Positions 1 through 10,148 of a stretch of DNA of 64,000 nt are shown here, piece by piece. The stretch is taken from assembly GCA_934193515.1 (NCBI GenBank), contig CAKPVJ010000003.1, positions 68,931 through 132,930 of the forward strand, read 5' to 3'. The position numbers and the translations under genes were made by a program. This DNA is from an uncultured Megasphaera sp. GTDB lineage: Bacteria; Bacillota; Negativicutes; Veillonellales; Megasphaeraceae. The stretch's first letter is position 1; each line of letters opens with the position of its first letter. The notes under the pieces are model-generated. The model was not told the origin of the DNA, did not search any database, and saw only the letters and a program-made list of their open reading frames with translations.

Positions 1-198
1 GTCCAGTCCGGACAAGCCGTAGCGATTACCGGCGGTGTAGGGGAAGCCCTCATTGCGACGGCATTTGGCTTGTGCGTTGCGATTTTGTCCCTTATCGTAC
101 ATGCGTATTTTACGCAGCGGTTGGACCGCATCATTACGGATATGGAAATGTGTTTTTCGGCATTGGAATGGATGCCGCAGGAAAAAACGGGGCGGTGA
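1..198 (+). CDS. exbB: ExbB/TolQ/MotA-family proton channel, C-terminal fragment (5' truncated by window edge)
   Basis: Frame-1 translation VQSGQAVAITGGVGEALIATAFGLCVAILSLIVHAYF.. matches the conserved last TM helix of ExbB/TolQ. Stop TGA at 196-198 sits directly upstream of exbD. Confidence 0.6.
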   Translation, partial: VQSGQAVAITGGVGEALIATAFGLCVAILSLIVHAYFTQRLDRIITDMEMCFSALEWMPQEKTGR

Positions 199-202
199 GT
201 GC

Positions 203-616
203 ATGAGACTGCGAGACAGGCGCTCTTTTACGAAGCCAGAAGTTATGATTATTCCGATGATAGACATCATGTTTTTCCTGCTGGTCTTTTTTATGATTAG
301 CACGCTGTATATGGTGGATATGAAGACGGTCCCTGTCAACCTGCCGCAGGCATCCCATGCCGAAACGCAGACTACAGTGACCTATCTGGTAACCATGAAA
401 AAAGACGGCTCACTTTGGCTGGAAGATAAAGAAATTACTAAAGAAGAACTGCTGAAAAAAGCGCAGACCGAACAGCGGCGCAATCCGCAGTTTTCTGTGG
501 TGCTGCGGGCCGATCAGGGCCTAGATTACGGCAAAGTCATTGCCCTGCTGGATGAAATGAAAGGCGCCGGCATCAACCGCTTTGGTTTGGCTGCAGAAAG
601 CGGGGGTTCTAAGTGA
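203..616 (+). CDS. exbD: ExbD/TolR biopolymer transport protein
   Basis: Internal ATG at 203 of ORF 53..616. The N-terminal TM segment IIPMIDIMFFLLVFFM is typical of ExbD. Position is immediately after exbB and before tonB. Confidence 0.8.
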   Translation: MRLRDRRSFTKPEVMIIPMIDIMFFLLVFFMISTLYMVDMKTVPVNLPQASHAETQTTVTYLVTMKKDGSLWLEDKEITKEELLKKAQTEQRRNPQFSVVLRADQGLDYGKVIALLDEMKGAGINRFGLAAESGGSK

Positions 617-1479
617 CGCAGGAAGAACGGGATAAACGGATGGCTGCCGCTATATCCATCGGCCTGCATGTGATTGTGTTTGGCTTACTGGCAGCCGGCG
701 GCATGTTCACCTTTCTGCAAAGCCATTCTCAGGCGCCGCCTGTGGATGTAACCGTATACAATGAAGAGTCACAAGATGATACACCGGCAGCCGGCAATGG
801 CGAACCCGCTTCTAACGGCGGTGGCGGCAGCGGTGAAACGTATCATATGCCGCAGGAAAACATGCCGACGATTAGTGAATCCTATACGCAGGAAGTACAG
901 GAACAGCGGGAAATCAAAAAAGTCATGCAAACGCAGGGCATCAGTGAAGAAAAAGCCAAAGCCATCGTTGCGGCCAAAAGCGATGCCGAAAAGCCGGCGG
1001 CAGATGCTGTTTCCGGCAATACTCATCCTGGCGATACTGTAGCAGGTGATACGGCGGCAGGCGATGGTTCCAGCGGCCCCGGCGGCACAGAAGGATCGGG
1101 AAACAACCCGAATGCGGCGCCGGGATTGGGAACGGATGCAAACGGCAATCCCAATGGCGGTGACCCGAATGGGGACCGGCACAGCGAAGGCAGACGGCCG
1201 GCCACGAAGGCTCGTTTGATTTCGCAGCCCGATGTCAATTCCTATTACCCGCAGGAGTTGCGGCAGAAAAATATTACCGGGACGGTGACGGTTCATGTCG
1301 TCATTACGGCAGATGGTACCGTAAGCAGTGCGTCTGTGAGCGGCTCGTCGGGCTATGCGGCAATGGATGCCGCGGCCGTGCAGATTGCCTACCAATGCCA
1401 GTACGAACCGGCACGCAATGAGCAGGGTGAAGCCGTTGCGGCAGAACGCAATTTGAGTATACCGTTTGTATTACAATAA
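613..1479 (+). CDS. tonB: TonB-family energy transducer with a Gly/Asn/Asp/Pro-rich linker and C-terminal TonB domain
   Basis: N-terminal TM anchor, long low-complexity linker, and a C-terminal ~90 aa TonB-type domain (NITGTVTVHVVITADGTVSSASV..). GTG start overlaps the exbD stop. Confidence 0.75.
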   Translation: MTQEERDKRMAAAISIGLHVIVFGLLAAGGMFTFLQSHSQAPPVDVTVYNEESQDDTPAAGNGEPASNGGGGSGETYHMPQENMPTISESYTQEVQEQREIKKVMQTQGISEEKAKAIVAAKSDAEKPAADAVSGNTHPGDTVAGDTAAGDGSSGPGGTEGSGNNPNAAPGLGTDANGNPNGGDPNGDRHSEGRRPATKARLISQPDVNSYYPQELRQKNITGTVTVHVVITADGTVSSASVSGSSGYAAMDAAAVQIAYQCQYEPARNEQGEAVAAERNLSIPFVLQ

Positions 1480-1531
1480 ATTGCAGCATGACAGTCCATT
1501 TAAGTATTCGATTACAAGGGGGAGTTTTTTT

Positions 1532-3433
1532 ATGATACGCAATAAGGCATTACTTTCATGCATTTGCCTTTCCATGGCAGGAAGCCTGGGCATATGGGCA
1601 GCAGATACGACAGAGTATGATACCGATACGATTGTCGTTACGGCGAAGCGGTATGAAGCACCTAAGCCGCAGCAAACGGCACTGCCTGTCACCACGCAGA
1701 TTCAAAAACAGCAGTCCAACATGACCGTTGTAACGGCGAAAGATATTGAAAAGAATAACTATACGACGACACAGGAAGTTTTAAAAAATATCAATGGCGT
1801 TACGATGACAGAACAAGTACCGGGTACATCGGCGTATATTCGATTAAACGGTGACGACCGAGTATTACTCTTAGTAGACGGCCAGGCTATTACGAATGCC
1901 CAAAGTGCCGCATACGGACGTGGTACGACTGATTTGCAAACATTGCCGGGGGCTGAAAATATCGATCATATTGAAGTTACCAAAGGCAGTGGTTCTGTCA
2001 AATACGGCAGTGGAGCTGTTGGCGGCGTTATTAATATTGTGACTAAAAAAGGACAGGAAAACAAAACGACGTTAGATGTCAATACCGGTTCTTGGGGAAC
2101 ACACAATTATACTCTGACAAATGGCGGCAGTCATGGAAACACATCATGGTATGTAACGGGTGGTATAAGCCATCGCAATTATTATAAATTTAACGATACG
2201 GCATATACTGCAGACAAAAGCCGCGGCGATTACAATAAAGACTTCCTGACGGCCCGTATTGATCAAAAATTGAATGACAGCAGTTCTCTTACTTTTAACG
2301 TCGTTCATACCCAGTTTGACGGACATGCGACTAATATTATTAAGACAAAAAACAAAGTGCCTATTTGGCCGTATGAAATTGGTAATAAAAAAGTAGAACG
2401 GCTGAATAATAATTATAATGTAACCTATCATTTTGGAGAAAATACGGCAACGCCTGGTTTTATTCGATATTTTAATGATTATTCTGCTAATCTTTGGACA
2501 AATCATTTCCATTCCCGCACACAGGGGATTCAGGCTGAAAATAGTTGGAAATTAGGAACGAATCAAATCTTGACAGGCGGCGTGGAATGGACGAAAGATG
2601 AAGGTTCCAATACGGAAGCTAGATATATAGATAAAAAACGCACCAACCGAGCTGCGTATTTGGAAGACAGCATTACAACAGGCAAACTTACTGTTACGCC
2701 GGGGATTCGTATTGATGACAACAGCCAGTTTGGTACACATAAAACGCCGCGCATTGCGCTAAACTATCAGGCTAATAATAAATTTAACGTGTATGCAAAC
2801 TGGAGCCGGGTTTTTGCGGCACCGAAACTCAATGATTTGTATTACACAACAAAAACGTCAAAAGGTAACCCGGATTTAAATCCGGAAACAGGCTATACGC
2901 AAAATATCGGATTTTCGTATCAACAGGATCCTAAAACAGCATTTACTGTTAATTTCTTCCGCAGTGGTATTGACAATGCCATTCGTTGGGAAGGCAGAGG
3001 AACAGGTCATGCTAACGTTAGAAACTTAAACAGAGAAGAAAAACGGGGCATGGAATTGTCCATGAACAAGACGATTAATGACAGCTGGGATTATGAACTG
3101 GGATATTCTTATATTCATGCCAAAATTGATGAAGGCAAGGGACTTCATTTTGATACGACTTTCAATCGTCCGAACGGATATCATGCAGGACTTCATTTCC
3201 ATCACGATGCATGGAAAGCCAATGTGCTCATGAATGCCGGAACGGGACGCAATGACACATATTATCTCCATGATTCGTATATTACCTGGGATGCTAATGT
3301 CAGCTATGATGTAACCAAAAATCTGACATTGTATACTCAAGTCAGCAACTTAACCAACGAAGGCTATGATATGTATTATACGTATCCGTCTGCCGGCCGC
3401 TGCTGGTTGTTTGGTGCTAAATACACCTTCTAG
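1532..3433 (+). CDS. btuB: TonB-dependent outer-membrane receptor, BtuB-like (vitamin B12/corrinoid)
   Basis: Signal peptide from internal ATG 1532 with SD AAGGGGGAG upstream. TonB-box-like DTIVVTA, plug and beta-barrel segments, C-terminal aromatic YTF. The genomic context is a corrinoid ABC importer. Confidence 0.8.
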   Translation: MIRNKALLSCICLSMAGSLGIWAADTTEYDTDTIVVTAKRYEAPKPQQTALPVTTQIQKQQSNMTVVTAKDIEKNNYTTTQEVLKNINGVTMTEQVPGTSAYIRLNGDDRVLLLVDGQAITNAQSAAYGRGTTDLQTLPGAENIDHIEVTKGSGSVKYGSGAVGGVINIVTKKGQENKTTLDVNTGSWGTHNYTLTNGGSHGNTSWYVTGGISHRNYYKFNDTAYTADKSRGDYNKDFLTARIDQKLNDSSSLTFNVVHTQFDGHATNIIKTKNKVPIWPYEIGNKKVERLNNNYNVTYHFGENTATPGFIRYFNDYSANLWTNHFHSRTQGIQAENSWKLGTNQILTGGVEWTKDEGSNTEARYIDKKRTNRAAYLEDSITTGKLTVTPGIRIDDNSQFGTHKTPRIALNYQANNKFNVYANWSRVFAAPKLNDLYYTTKTSKGNPDLNPETGYTQNIGFSYQQDPKTAFTVNFFRSGIDNAIRWEGRGTGHANVRNLNREEKRGMELSMNKTINDSWDYELGYSYIHAKIDEGKGLHFDTTFNRPNGYHAGLHFHHDAWKANVLMNAGTGRNDTYYLHDSYITWDANVSYDVTKNLTLYTQVSNLTNEGYDMYYTYPSAGRCWLFGAKYTF

Positions 3434-3572
3434 TATTAGGAAAAACGCAATATGGTGATAGTGACAAGCTGTCATATAAAGTTTGTCTGAATGTAGTATT
3501 ACATGGGAGAAAGCTGTCGTCTAGTACGATGGCTTCTTCTCCTGATTTGGCAGGAAGGGGCAGGTAACGTAT

Positions 3573-4544
3573 ATGAAAAAATGGTTAATGAGTTTATGTC
3601 TTTGTATCTGCATGGCGGCTGTAGGACTCAGCGGCTGTACGCCGCAGAATGCAGCGACGACGGCCAATAGCTCGCAAAGCAAAGGGGTATATGCTGAGAT
3701 TACGGATGATGCGGGCCGTACGGTTACGCTCAAAGAAAAGCCGCAGCGCGTTGTCGTCTTATCGACGTCTATTTTGAATTTTGCAGCGGCTGTTGATGGC
3801 GATGTGGCAGGCAGAGCGACGGTCAAATCGGAAGACGCATCGATTGCCGACAAATATAAAGATGTCCCCGAGGTCGGGCCGGTATATAATGTCAGCGCTG
3901 AAAAAGTCATGGAATTAAAGCCGGATTTGGTTATTGCGAGCGCCAAACAGCATCAAAAACTGATTCCGATTTTGGAACAAAACCATATCCCTGTTATTGC
4001 CTTAAAGAGCAAATCCTACGACGATGTCAAGCGCAATATGGAAATCATTGGCCAAGTCTACGGCAAAGAAGATGCGGCCAAAGCGAAAATCAGCGAAATG
4101 GATACAGAAATTGCCGCTATCGTAGATAAACTGCCGCAGGAAAAGAAGAAAATCGCTATTATTTATGCTACGCCGAGTGCCGTATCGGTACAGCTCCCTA
4201 GCAGCATTGCCGGCAATGTAGCGGACATTCTCCATTTTGAAAACGTCGCTTCTGCTGTACAGCAAGACGCCAAAGGTGCTGAAAAAGTGCCGTACAGCAT
4301 GGAAGCGTTAGTAGAACAAAATCCGGATATTATTTTCTTTACATCGATGGGACAAAAAGATAAAATAGAGAAAAGACTCCAGGAAGATGTCAAGAGCAAT
4401 CCTGCTTGGGGGACGCTGCGCGCCGTCCAGGAAGGACAGGTATACGTACTGCCGGAAAATTACTTCTTGCTCAACCCAGGGTTGGATTACCCGAAAGCCA
4501 TAGCATATATGGCGAAACTTGTTTATCCAGAGGTATATAAATGA
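3573..4544 (+). CDS. btuF: ABC transporter periplasmic substrate-binding lipoprotein, BtuF/FhuD (cluster A) family
   Basis: Lipobox LSGC after the signal peptide; class III periplasmic-binding-protein fold signature. Followed by a FecCD permease and an ATPase. Confidence 0.75.
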   Translation: MKKWLMSLCLCICMAAVGLSGCTPQNAATTANSSQSKGVYAEITDDAGRTVTLKEKPQRVVVLSTSILNFAAAVDGDVAGRATVKSEDASIADKYKDVPEVGPVYNVSAEKVMELKPDLVIASAKQHQKLIPILEQNHIPVIALKSKSYDDVKRNMEIIGQVYGKEDAAKAKISEMDTEIAAIVDKLPQEKKKIAIIYATPSAVSVQLPSSIAGNVADILHFENVASAVQQDAKGAEKVPYSMEALVEQNPDIIFFTSMGQKDKIEKRLQEDVKSNPAWGTLRAVQEGQVYVLPENYFLLNPGLDYPKAIAYMAKLVYPEVYK

Positions 4545-5542
4545 ATCGAATACTAGCGGGAACTTCCCGCACAGCTTGGCGATGGGCAATGCTCATCGTT
4601 TTTGCTGTATCTGCCCTTTTGGGAATTACGCTGTCTGTAGGCGCTGGTGCTGCCTCTATTCCTATCCACAAAGTGCTGCAGATACTGATCTTTCCGACGG
4701 CAAATATGGCAGACCAAATTGTTTGGAATCTGCGGCTGCCCCGTGCGTTGACAGGGGCGATGGTAGGTGTTAATTTAGCAGTATCCGGAGCGATTTTGCA
4801 GGCCGTCATGCGCAATCCGCTGGCTGACCCGCATATTATCGGTATTTCAGCCGGCGCCGGCATTACGGGAATTTTGGTGCTGGTCGTCCTGCCGGCATGG
4901 ATGTATCTGATTACGCCGGCCGCTTTTCTCGGTGCTATGACGGCAGCCGTTTTGATTTACGTATTGGCGTGGAAAAATGGTATCAAGCCAGTGCGGATTA
5001 TTTTGGCAGGCGTAGCGGTATCGGCCTTTTTGAGTGCCGGGATTTCCGGCATCCTTATTTTTTACAGCGACAGAGTGCATGGCGCGCTCATGTGGATGGT
5101 AGGCGGCCTGGCTGCGCGCAGCTGGGATGATGCGACGATGATTGCGCCGTATGCAGCTGTAGGCATCGTGCTGGCTCTTTGGGGCTCATATTATCTCAAC
5201 ATGCTGCAGCTGGGCGATGACATGGCTCGGAGTCTGGGCGTCAATATTGAACGGACGCGTGTATGTCTGACAGCGGTAGCGGCACTGTTGGCAGCCAGTG
5301 CGGTCAGTGTGGCCGGGCTGCTGGGGTTTGTCGGCCTGATTGTGCCCCATATCGTGCGCCTTTTGGTGGGAACGGATTACCGTTATATTATTCCCGGTTC
5401 AGTGCTGTTGGGAGCGGCAGTAGTGACGCTGAGTGATATCGTGGCGCGGGTATTGTTTGCGCCGATAGAACTGCCTGTAGGTCTGATTATGGCCTTTATC
5501 GGCGCGCCGTTCTTTTTGTTTTTGCTGAGAAGGGAAGTGTAG
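4541..5542 (+). CDS. btuC: FecCD-family ABC permease (BtuC-like)
   Basis: About 9 TM helices and conserved FecCD motifs (LRLPRALTGAMVG.., GLIVPH). Its start overlaps the btuF stop. Confidence 0.85.
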   Translation: MNRILAGTSRTAWRWAMLIVFAVSALLGITLSVGAGAASIPIHKVLQILIFPTANMADQIVWNLRLPRALTGAMVGVNLAVSGAILQAVMRNPLADPHIIGISAGAGITGILVLVVLPAWMYLITPAAFLGAMTAAVLIYVLAWKNGIKPVRIILAGVAVSAFLSAGISGILIFYSDRVHGALMWMVGGLAARSWDDATMIAPYAAVGIVLALWGSYYLNMLQLGDDMARSLGVNIERTRVCLTAVAALLAASAVSVAGLLGFVGLIVPHIVRLLVGTDYRYIIPGSVLLGAAVVTLSDIVARVLFAPIELPVGLIMAFIGAPFFLFLLRREV

Positions 5543-5545
5543 GCA

Positions 5546-6367
5546 GTGGAAGCAGCCATCCGAGTGGAGCATCTTTCCGTTGCGATAGGCAAAAAGGAAA
5601 TTCTTCACGATATACATATGGAAATTCCTAAAGGCGGCATCATTTCTATTATTGGCCCGAACGGCTGCGGCAAAAGTACGCTGCTGAAAGCTATGAGCCG
5701 CATGCTTCAGCCTAAAGAAGGGCATGTTTATGTTTATGGAAAAGATATACGTTCTTTTGGGCGCAAAGAACTGGCACGGCAGATTGCCGTACTGCCGCAG
5801 ATTCATCAGGCTCCCAATGACGTGACGGTAGAGGATTTGGTGCAGATGGGACGCTTTCCCTATCGGACGCTGTACCGTTCGTTTTCAGCAGAAGATGCCC
5901 GTTATGTCGATAAAGCCTTGTATGCCGTGCAGATGCATACGCGCAAAACCGAACTGGTGCAGCATCTGTCCGGCGGGGAGCAGCAGCGTGTCTGGTTGGC
6001 AGTACTGCTGGCACAGCGGTCCTCCATTTTGTTTTTGGACGAGCCTACGACGTATTTGGACATACAGCATCAATTACGCATGATGAAACTGCTGGGGCAT
6101 ATCAATGAAAAATTGGGACTGACCATTGTCATTGTGCTGCATGACATGAATCAGGCCCTGCAGTATACGAATTATGTCATTGCCATGAACGAAGGCCGCA
6201 TTGTTGCTGCCGGACAGCCGCAGACCGTGATTACGCCGCAGCTGATACAGTCGGTGTTTCATGTTCATGCCGATATAGTGACGACGCAGAGCGGACAGCA
6301 GGCAATCGTGCCGGTGGGCTTGGATAAGGAGGGACAGTATGGACGCCTTCACCATAAAAGACGGTAA
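5546..6367 (+). CDS. btuD: ABC transporter ATP-binding protein (BtuD/FepC-like)
   Basis: Walker A GPNGCGKST, ABC signature LSGGEQQRV, Walker B LFLDEPT. GTG start. Confidence 0.85.
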   Translation: MEAAIRVEHLSVAIGKKEILHDIHMEIPKGGIISIIGPNGCGKSTLLKAMSRMLQPKEGHVYVYGKDIRSFGRKELARQIAVLPQIHQAPNDVTVEDLVQMGRFPYRTLYRSFSAEDARYVDKALYAVQMHTRKTELVQHLSGGEQQRVWLAVLLAQRSSILFLDEPTTYLDIQHQLRMMKLLGHINEKLGLTIVIVLHDMNQALQYTNYVIAMNEGRIVAAGQPQTVITPQLIQSVFHVHADIVTTQSGQQAIVPVGLDKEGQYGRLHHKRR

Positions 6368-7478
6368 AAAGCTGCGGTGCGGCTATACGACCGGGACGTG
6401 TGCCGCAGCCGCTTCTAAAGCAGCGGCCGTCATGGTCCTGACAGGCCGGGCGATATCGACCGTGACGGTGAAGACGCCCAAAGGAATTGTCTTGTCGCTG
6501 GAACTGGAAGATATTTCCCTGCAGCCTCATGCCGTATCCTGTGCGGTGCGCAAGGATGCCGGCGATGACCCGGATATTACCAACGGCATGTTGGTATACA
6601 GCACAGTAGAACGAATAGACAGCGGCATAGAAATCTGCGGCGGCCGCGGCGTAGGCCGCGTTACCAAGGCAGGATTGGCCTGCCGGCCCGGTGACTGGGC
6701 TATCAACCCGACACCGCGCCGCATGATACGGGAAGCATTGCAGGATACAGCTGCCGGCCTGGGCTATACAGGCGGCTTCCGTGTTACGATTTCGCTGCCC
6801 GACGGCGAAGAACTGGCCAAGAAAACGTTTAATCCCCGGTTGGGTATCGAAGGCGGCTTATCTATTTTGGGTACATCCGGGATTGTCGAGCCCATGAGTG
6901 AACAGGCTCTTGTCGATACGATTCATACGGAAATGGATGCGCGGCGCGCTGCCGGCAATACGCATTTACTCGCTTTTTTTGGCAATTATGGCGTGGATTT
7001 CAGCCGGGATACGCTGCAGCTGGACGTATCACAGCGCGTGACGATTAGCAACTATGTCGGTGAAATGCTGGATTATGCCGTATACAAAGGATTTCATGAC
7101 GTACTGCTTATCGGGCATATCGGCAAGCTGGTCAAAGTGGGACAGGGCATTATGAATACGCATTCCCGCTGTGCCGACGGCAGAACGACGCTGCTGGCCT
7201 TGACGGCAATGCTCCAAGGTGCGGATGCGGCCGTAGGCCAGGCTGTGTATGACAGCATTACGACAGACGAAGCCCTGCGGATTTTGCAGGAACATCAGTT
7301 GCTGGAATCCGTGATGGCTGCCGTTTGTGATAAAATAGAATATTATATGAACCAGCGCGTGCATCAGCAGCTGGTGACAGGTGCTATTATTTTTTCCAAT
7401 GTCTATGGCGTGCTGGGATGTACGTCACAGGCAAAACAGTTAATCACGTATCAACAACACAGGGAGGACCACCGATGA
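6339..7478 (+). CDS. cbiD: Cobalt-precorrin-5B (C1)-methyltransferase CbiD
   Basis: N-terminus LRCGYTTGTCAAAASKAA and overall CbiD family similarity. First gene of the cbi block. Confidence 0.85.
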   Translation: MDAFTIKDGKKLRCGYTTGTCAAAASKAAAVMVLTGRAISTVTVKTPKGIVLSLELEDISLQPHAVSCAVRKDAGDDPDITNGMLVYSTVERIDSGIEICGGRGVGRVTKAGLACRPGDWAINPTPRRMIREALQDTAAGLGYTGGFRVTISLPDGEELAKKTFNPRLGIEGGLSILGTSGIVEPMSEQALVDTIHTEMDARRAAGNTHLLAFFGNYGVDFSRDTLQLDVSQRVTISNYVGEMLDYAVYKGFHDVLLIGHIGKLVKVGQGIMNTHSRCADGRTTLLALTAMLQGADAAVGQAVYDSITTDEALRILQEHQLLESVMAAVCDKIEYYMNQRVHQQLVTGAIIFSNVYGVLGCTSQAKQLITYQQHREDHR

Positions 7479-8188
7479 AAGGAACATTGTACTGCATAGG
7501 CGTAGGTCCGGGAGATCCGGAACTGCTTACGGTAAAAGCCGTCAAGTATATTCAAAAATGCCCGGTTTTGGCAGTCCCGCAGGGACATACCGGCGTGACG
7601 ACGGCCAAGAGTATTTTACTGCAGGCCATAGAAAACGGCGCGGCTGTTGATTTGCAGGATAAACTGATTTTGACTGTTGATTTTCCCATGACGCGGGATG
7701 CGGCCGTCTTGGAAGAAGCCCATGCAGCCGGCGCGGCAGCCATAGAAGCCCAGCTGCAGCAGGGACGCGATGTAGCGCTCATTACCTTGGGATGCCCGAC
7801 AGTGTATGCGTCGAGTATTTACGTGCATCGCCGGATTCATGACGATGGCTATGCGACAGAAATCATTCCGGGCGTGCCGAGTTTTTGCGCAGCAGCGGCC
7901 AGACTGCAGCAGCCTCTTTGTGAACAAGACGAACCGCTGACGATTATTCCAGGCGGGCGCAAAGACAGAAAGTCCCTGTTATCCGCACCGGGCAGCAAAA
8001 TTATCATGAAGCCGTCCGGCCCGTTTGCTTCCTTAAAGCAGGATTTGCAGGACACGCAGCAGCTGGCAGACACGGCGATGATAGAACGCTGCGGCCTGCA
8101 GGGAGAAACGATATATCATTCACTGGATGATGTAGAACGTACGGCATATTTTTCCGTACTTCTCGTCAAAGAAAAGAAAGAGGTATAG
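7475..8188 (+). CDS. cbiL: Cobalt-precorrin-2 C20-methyltransferase CbiL
   Basis: Tetrapyrrole methylase N-terminus MKGTLYCIGVGPGDPELLTVKA. Internal ATG at 7475 preceded by SD GGGAGG. Confidence 0.8.
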   Translation: MKGTLYCIGVGPGDPELLTVKAVKYIQKCPVLAVPQGHTGVTTAKSILLQAIENGAAVDLQDKLILTVDFPMTRDAAVLEEAHAAGAAAIEAQLQQGRDVALITLGCPTVYASSIYVHRRIHDDGYATEIIPGVPSFCAAAARLQQPLCEQDEPLTIIPGGRKDRKSLLSAPGSKIIMKPSGPFASLKQDLQDTQQLADTAMIERCGLQGETIYHSLDDVERTAYFSVLLVKEKKEV

Positions 8189-8220
8189 CATTACTATTTG
8201 GAGTTTTTATTGTCAGGACA

Positions 8221-8249
8221 TGATAGCAGGCATTTTGGCTGCCTGCTAT
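8221..8249 (+). other. 9-bp perfect stem-loop (TAGCAGGCA/TGCCTGCTA) in the cbiL-cbiF spacer, no U-tract
   Basis: Seen directly in sequence. It lies inside the polycistronic cbi block, so it is more likely an mRNA processing or stability element than a terminator. Confidence 0.3.
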
Positions 8250-8274
8250 GATATCGTAAGAAAGCAGGGATAGC

Positions 8275-9057
8275 ATGGTTTATTTTGTAGGCGCAGGTCC
8301 CGGTGCCGTCGATTTGATTACTGTCAGGGGCAAACACCTTTTGGAAACTGCCGATGTCATTATCTATGCCGGTTCTTTAGTTAATCCGCAGCTGCTGGAC
8401 TATGCCCGGCCTGCCTGCCGCATCTATGACAGCGCAGGCATGACGTTGGAAGAGGTCATTGCCGTCATAGAAAAAGCGGAACAACGGGGACATATGGTGG
8501 TGCGGCTTCACACGGGAGATCCGTCTATTTATGGCGCCATCCGGGAACAGATGGATATTTTGCGGGAAAAACAGATTCCCTTTGAAGTCGTGCCGGGAGT
8601 CAGCTCGTTTTGTGCAGCAGCTGCCGCCGTGCAGGCAGAATATACGTTGCCTCATGTCAGCCAGTCTGTGATTATTACGCGCATGGAAGGCAGAACGCCC
8701 GTGCCGGACAAGCAAAAGATTGCTGACTACGCAGCGCATGGCGCGACAATGGTTATTTTTTTGAGTGCCAGCTTGCTGGAAAAGCTGCAGGCTGAACTCA
8801 TGAAGGGCGGCTATAACGGCCAAACACCGGCAGCGATTGTCTACAAGGCATCGTGGCCGGAAGAACAGGTATACCGCTGTACGGTAGATACGCTGGCACA
8901 GACGGCAGCTGTTCATCATATTGATAAAACAGCACTTATTTTGGTGGGTTCGTTTTTGGGCTCTTCTTATGAAAGAAGTTTGCTCTACCATCCGGCTTTT
9001 ACCCATGGATACCGGCAGGCAGAACCGGAAACACAGACCTACCCGGACAAGAAATAA
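8275..9057 (+). CDS. cbiF: Cobalt-precorrin-4 C11-methyltransferase CbiF
   Basis: MVYFVGAGPGAVDLITVRG.. tetrapyrrole methylase; CbiF/CobM family. Confidence 0.85.
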   Translation: MVYFVGAGPGAVDLITVRGKHLLETADVIIYAGSLVNPQLLDYARPACRIYDSAGMTLEEVIAVIEKAEQRGHMVVRLHTGDPSIYGAIREQMDILREKQIPFEVVPGVSSFCAAAAAVQAEYTLPHVSQSVIITRMEGRTPVPDKQKIADYAAHGATMVIFLSASLLEKLQAELMKGGYNGQTPAAIVYKASWPEEQVYRCTVDTLAQTAAVHHIDKTALILVGSFLGSSYERSLLYHPAFTHGYRQAEPETQTYPDKK

Positions 9058-9088
9058 CGCAGATTTGCCTAGTTAAGGGGGAATCCAT

Positions 9089-10141
9089 ATGAAAGCCTTT
9101 ATTTTTTCGTTTACAACAGCAGGTACGCAACTGGGGCTGCGCATTGGGACGTATTTGGCGGCCCAGAAATGGGAGGTTGCCAACGAAACCCTGCCTAAGC
9201 TGCTTCATTTGAATACACGGCTGCAGGCTTTTCCGCTCAATCTGCAGGAAGCCGTGCGGCTGGCTATGAAAGAAGCCCAAGCGCTTATTTTTGTGGGTGC
9301 GGCGGCGATTGCCATACGGATGACGGCGCCTCATCTGCGGGGCAAAGAAAAAGATCCGGCTGTATTAGTCATTGATGAAAAAGGGCAGTTTGTCATTCCC
9401 CTGCTGGCAGGACACATAGGCGGCGCCAACGGACTGGCACGCATGCTGGCAGCGATGCTGCACGGCCAGGCCGTCATCACGACGGCGACGGATGTCAATG
9501 ATTTGTTTGCTGTCGATGAATGGGCTGCCCGTCAGGGACTTCACTTGTCATCCCTGCAGGATGCCAAACAGTTTGCCGCAGAGCTGTTGGAACGAGGTCA
9601 GGCGGGCCTGTACAGTGAATTTCCTATTGGCGGCGATATACCGGCCGGTCTGATACGTACCCAAGAAGGGCCGGTAGGCGTGGCCGTTACGGTTCATGAA
9701 GACTGTCATCCTTTTGCCAAGACGGTTACGGCATATCCTGTTATTCTGCATATTGGCATTGGCTGCAAGCGGGGAACCAGCCGGGAACGGATTGCCCAGC
9801 GTGTCGAAGAAGATATGAAGCAGATACACGTCAGCTGGCACGCTGTGGCCGATATCAGCACGATTGATATTAAGAAAACGGAAGCAGGGCTGACTGCTTT
9901 TGCAGAGCAGCATCATCTGCCGATTCACTACTATACGGTGCGGCAGCTCAATGATGCGCCGGGGACGTTTATGTCGTCGGATTTTGTCCGCCGCATCATA
10001 GGCACAGACAATGTATGCGAACGGGCGGCTGTCTTAGCCAGTCACGGCGGGACGCTGCTGCTGCAAAAATCAGGAAAAGACGGCGTTACCGTCGCCATTG
10101 CTTGTGAAACATATACAGTAACATTTGACAAAAAGAGGTAA
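9089..10141 (+). CDS. cbiG: Cobalt-precorrin-5A hydrolase CbiG
   Basis: CbiG N-terminal, middle and C-terminal domain similarity. Sits between cbiF and cbiH as in canonical cbi operons. Confidence 0.75.
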   Translation: MKAFIFSFTTAGTQLGLRIGTYLAAQKWEVANETLPKLLHLNTRLQAFPLNLQEAVRLAMKEAQALIFVGAAAIAIRMTAPHLRGKEKDPAVLVIDEKGQFVIPLLAGHIGGANGLARMLAAMLHGQAVITTATDVNDLFAVDEWAARQGLHLSSLQDAKQFAAELLERGQAGLYSEFPIGGDIPAGLIRTQEGPVGVAVTVHEDCHPFAKTVTAYPVILHIGIGCKRGTSRERIAQRVEEDMKQIHVSWHAVADISTIDIKKTEAGLTAFAEQHHLPIHYYTVRQLNDAPGTFMSSDFVRRIIGTDNVCERAAVLASHGGTLLLQKSGKDGVTVAIACETYTVTFDKKR

Positions 10142-10148
10142 TACATAG

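Noticed and set aside
761-1042. 93-aa Lys/Arg-rich + strand ORF inside tonB
   Set aside because: It is an alternative frame of the low-complexity TonB linker and a compositional artefact.
3434-3572. Possible cobalamin riboswitch between btuB and btuF
   Set aside because: The 140-nt gap is too short for the element and lacks the B12-box (GCCACTG) and the GGGAA/GGTGA core elements. It is more likely a plain intercistronic spacer.
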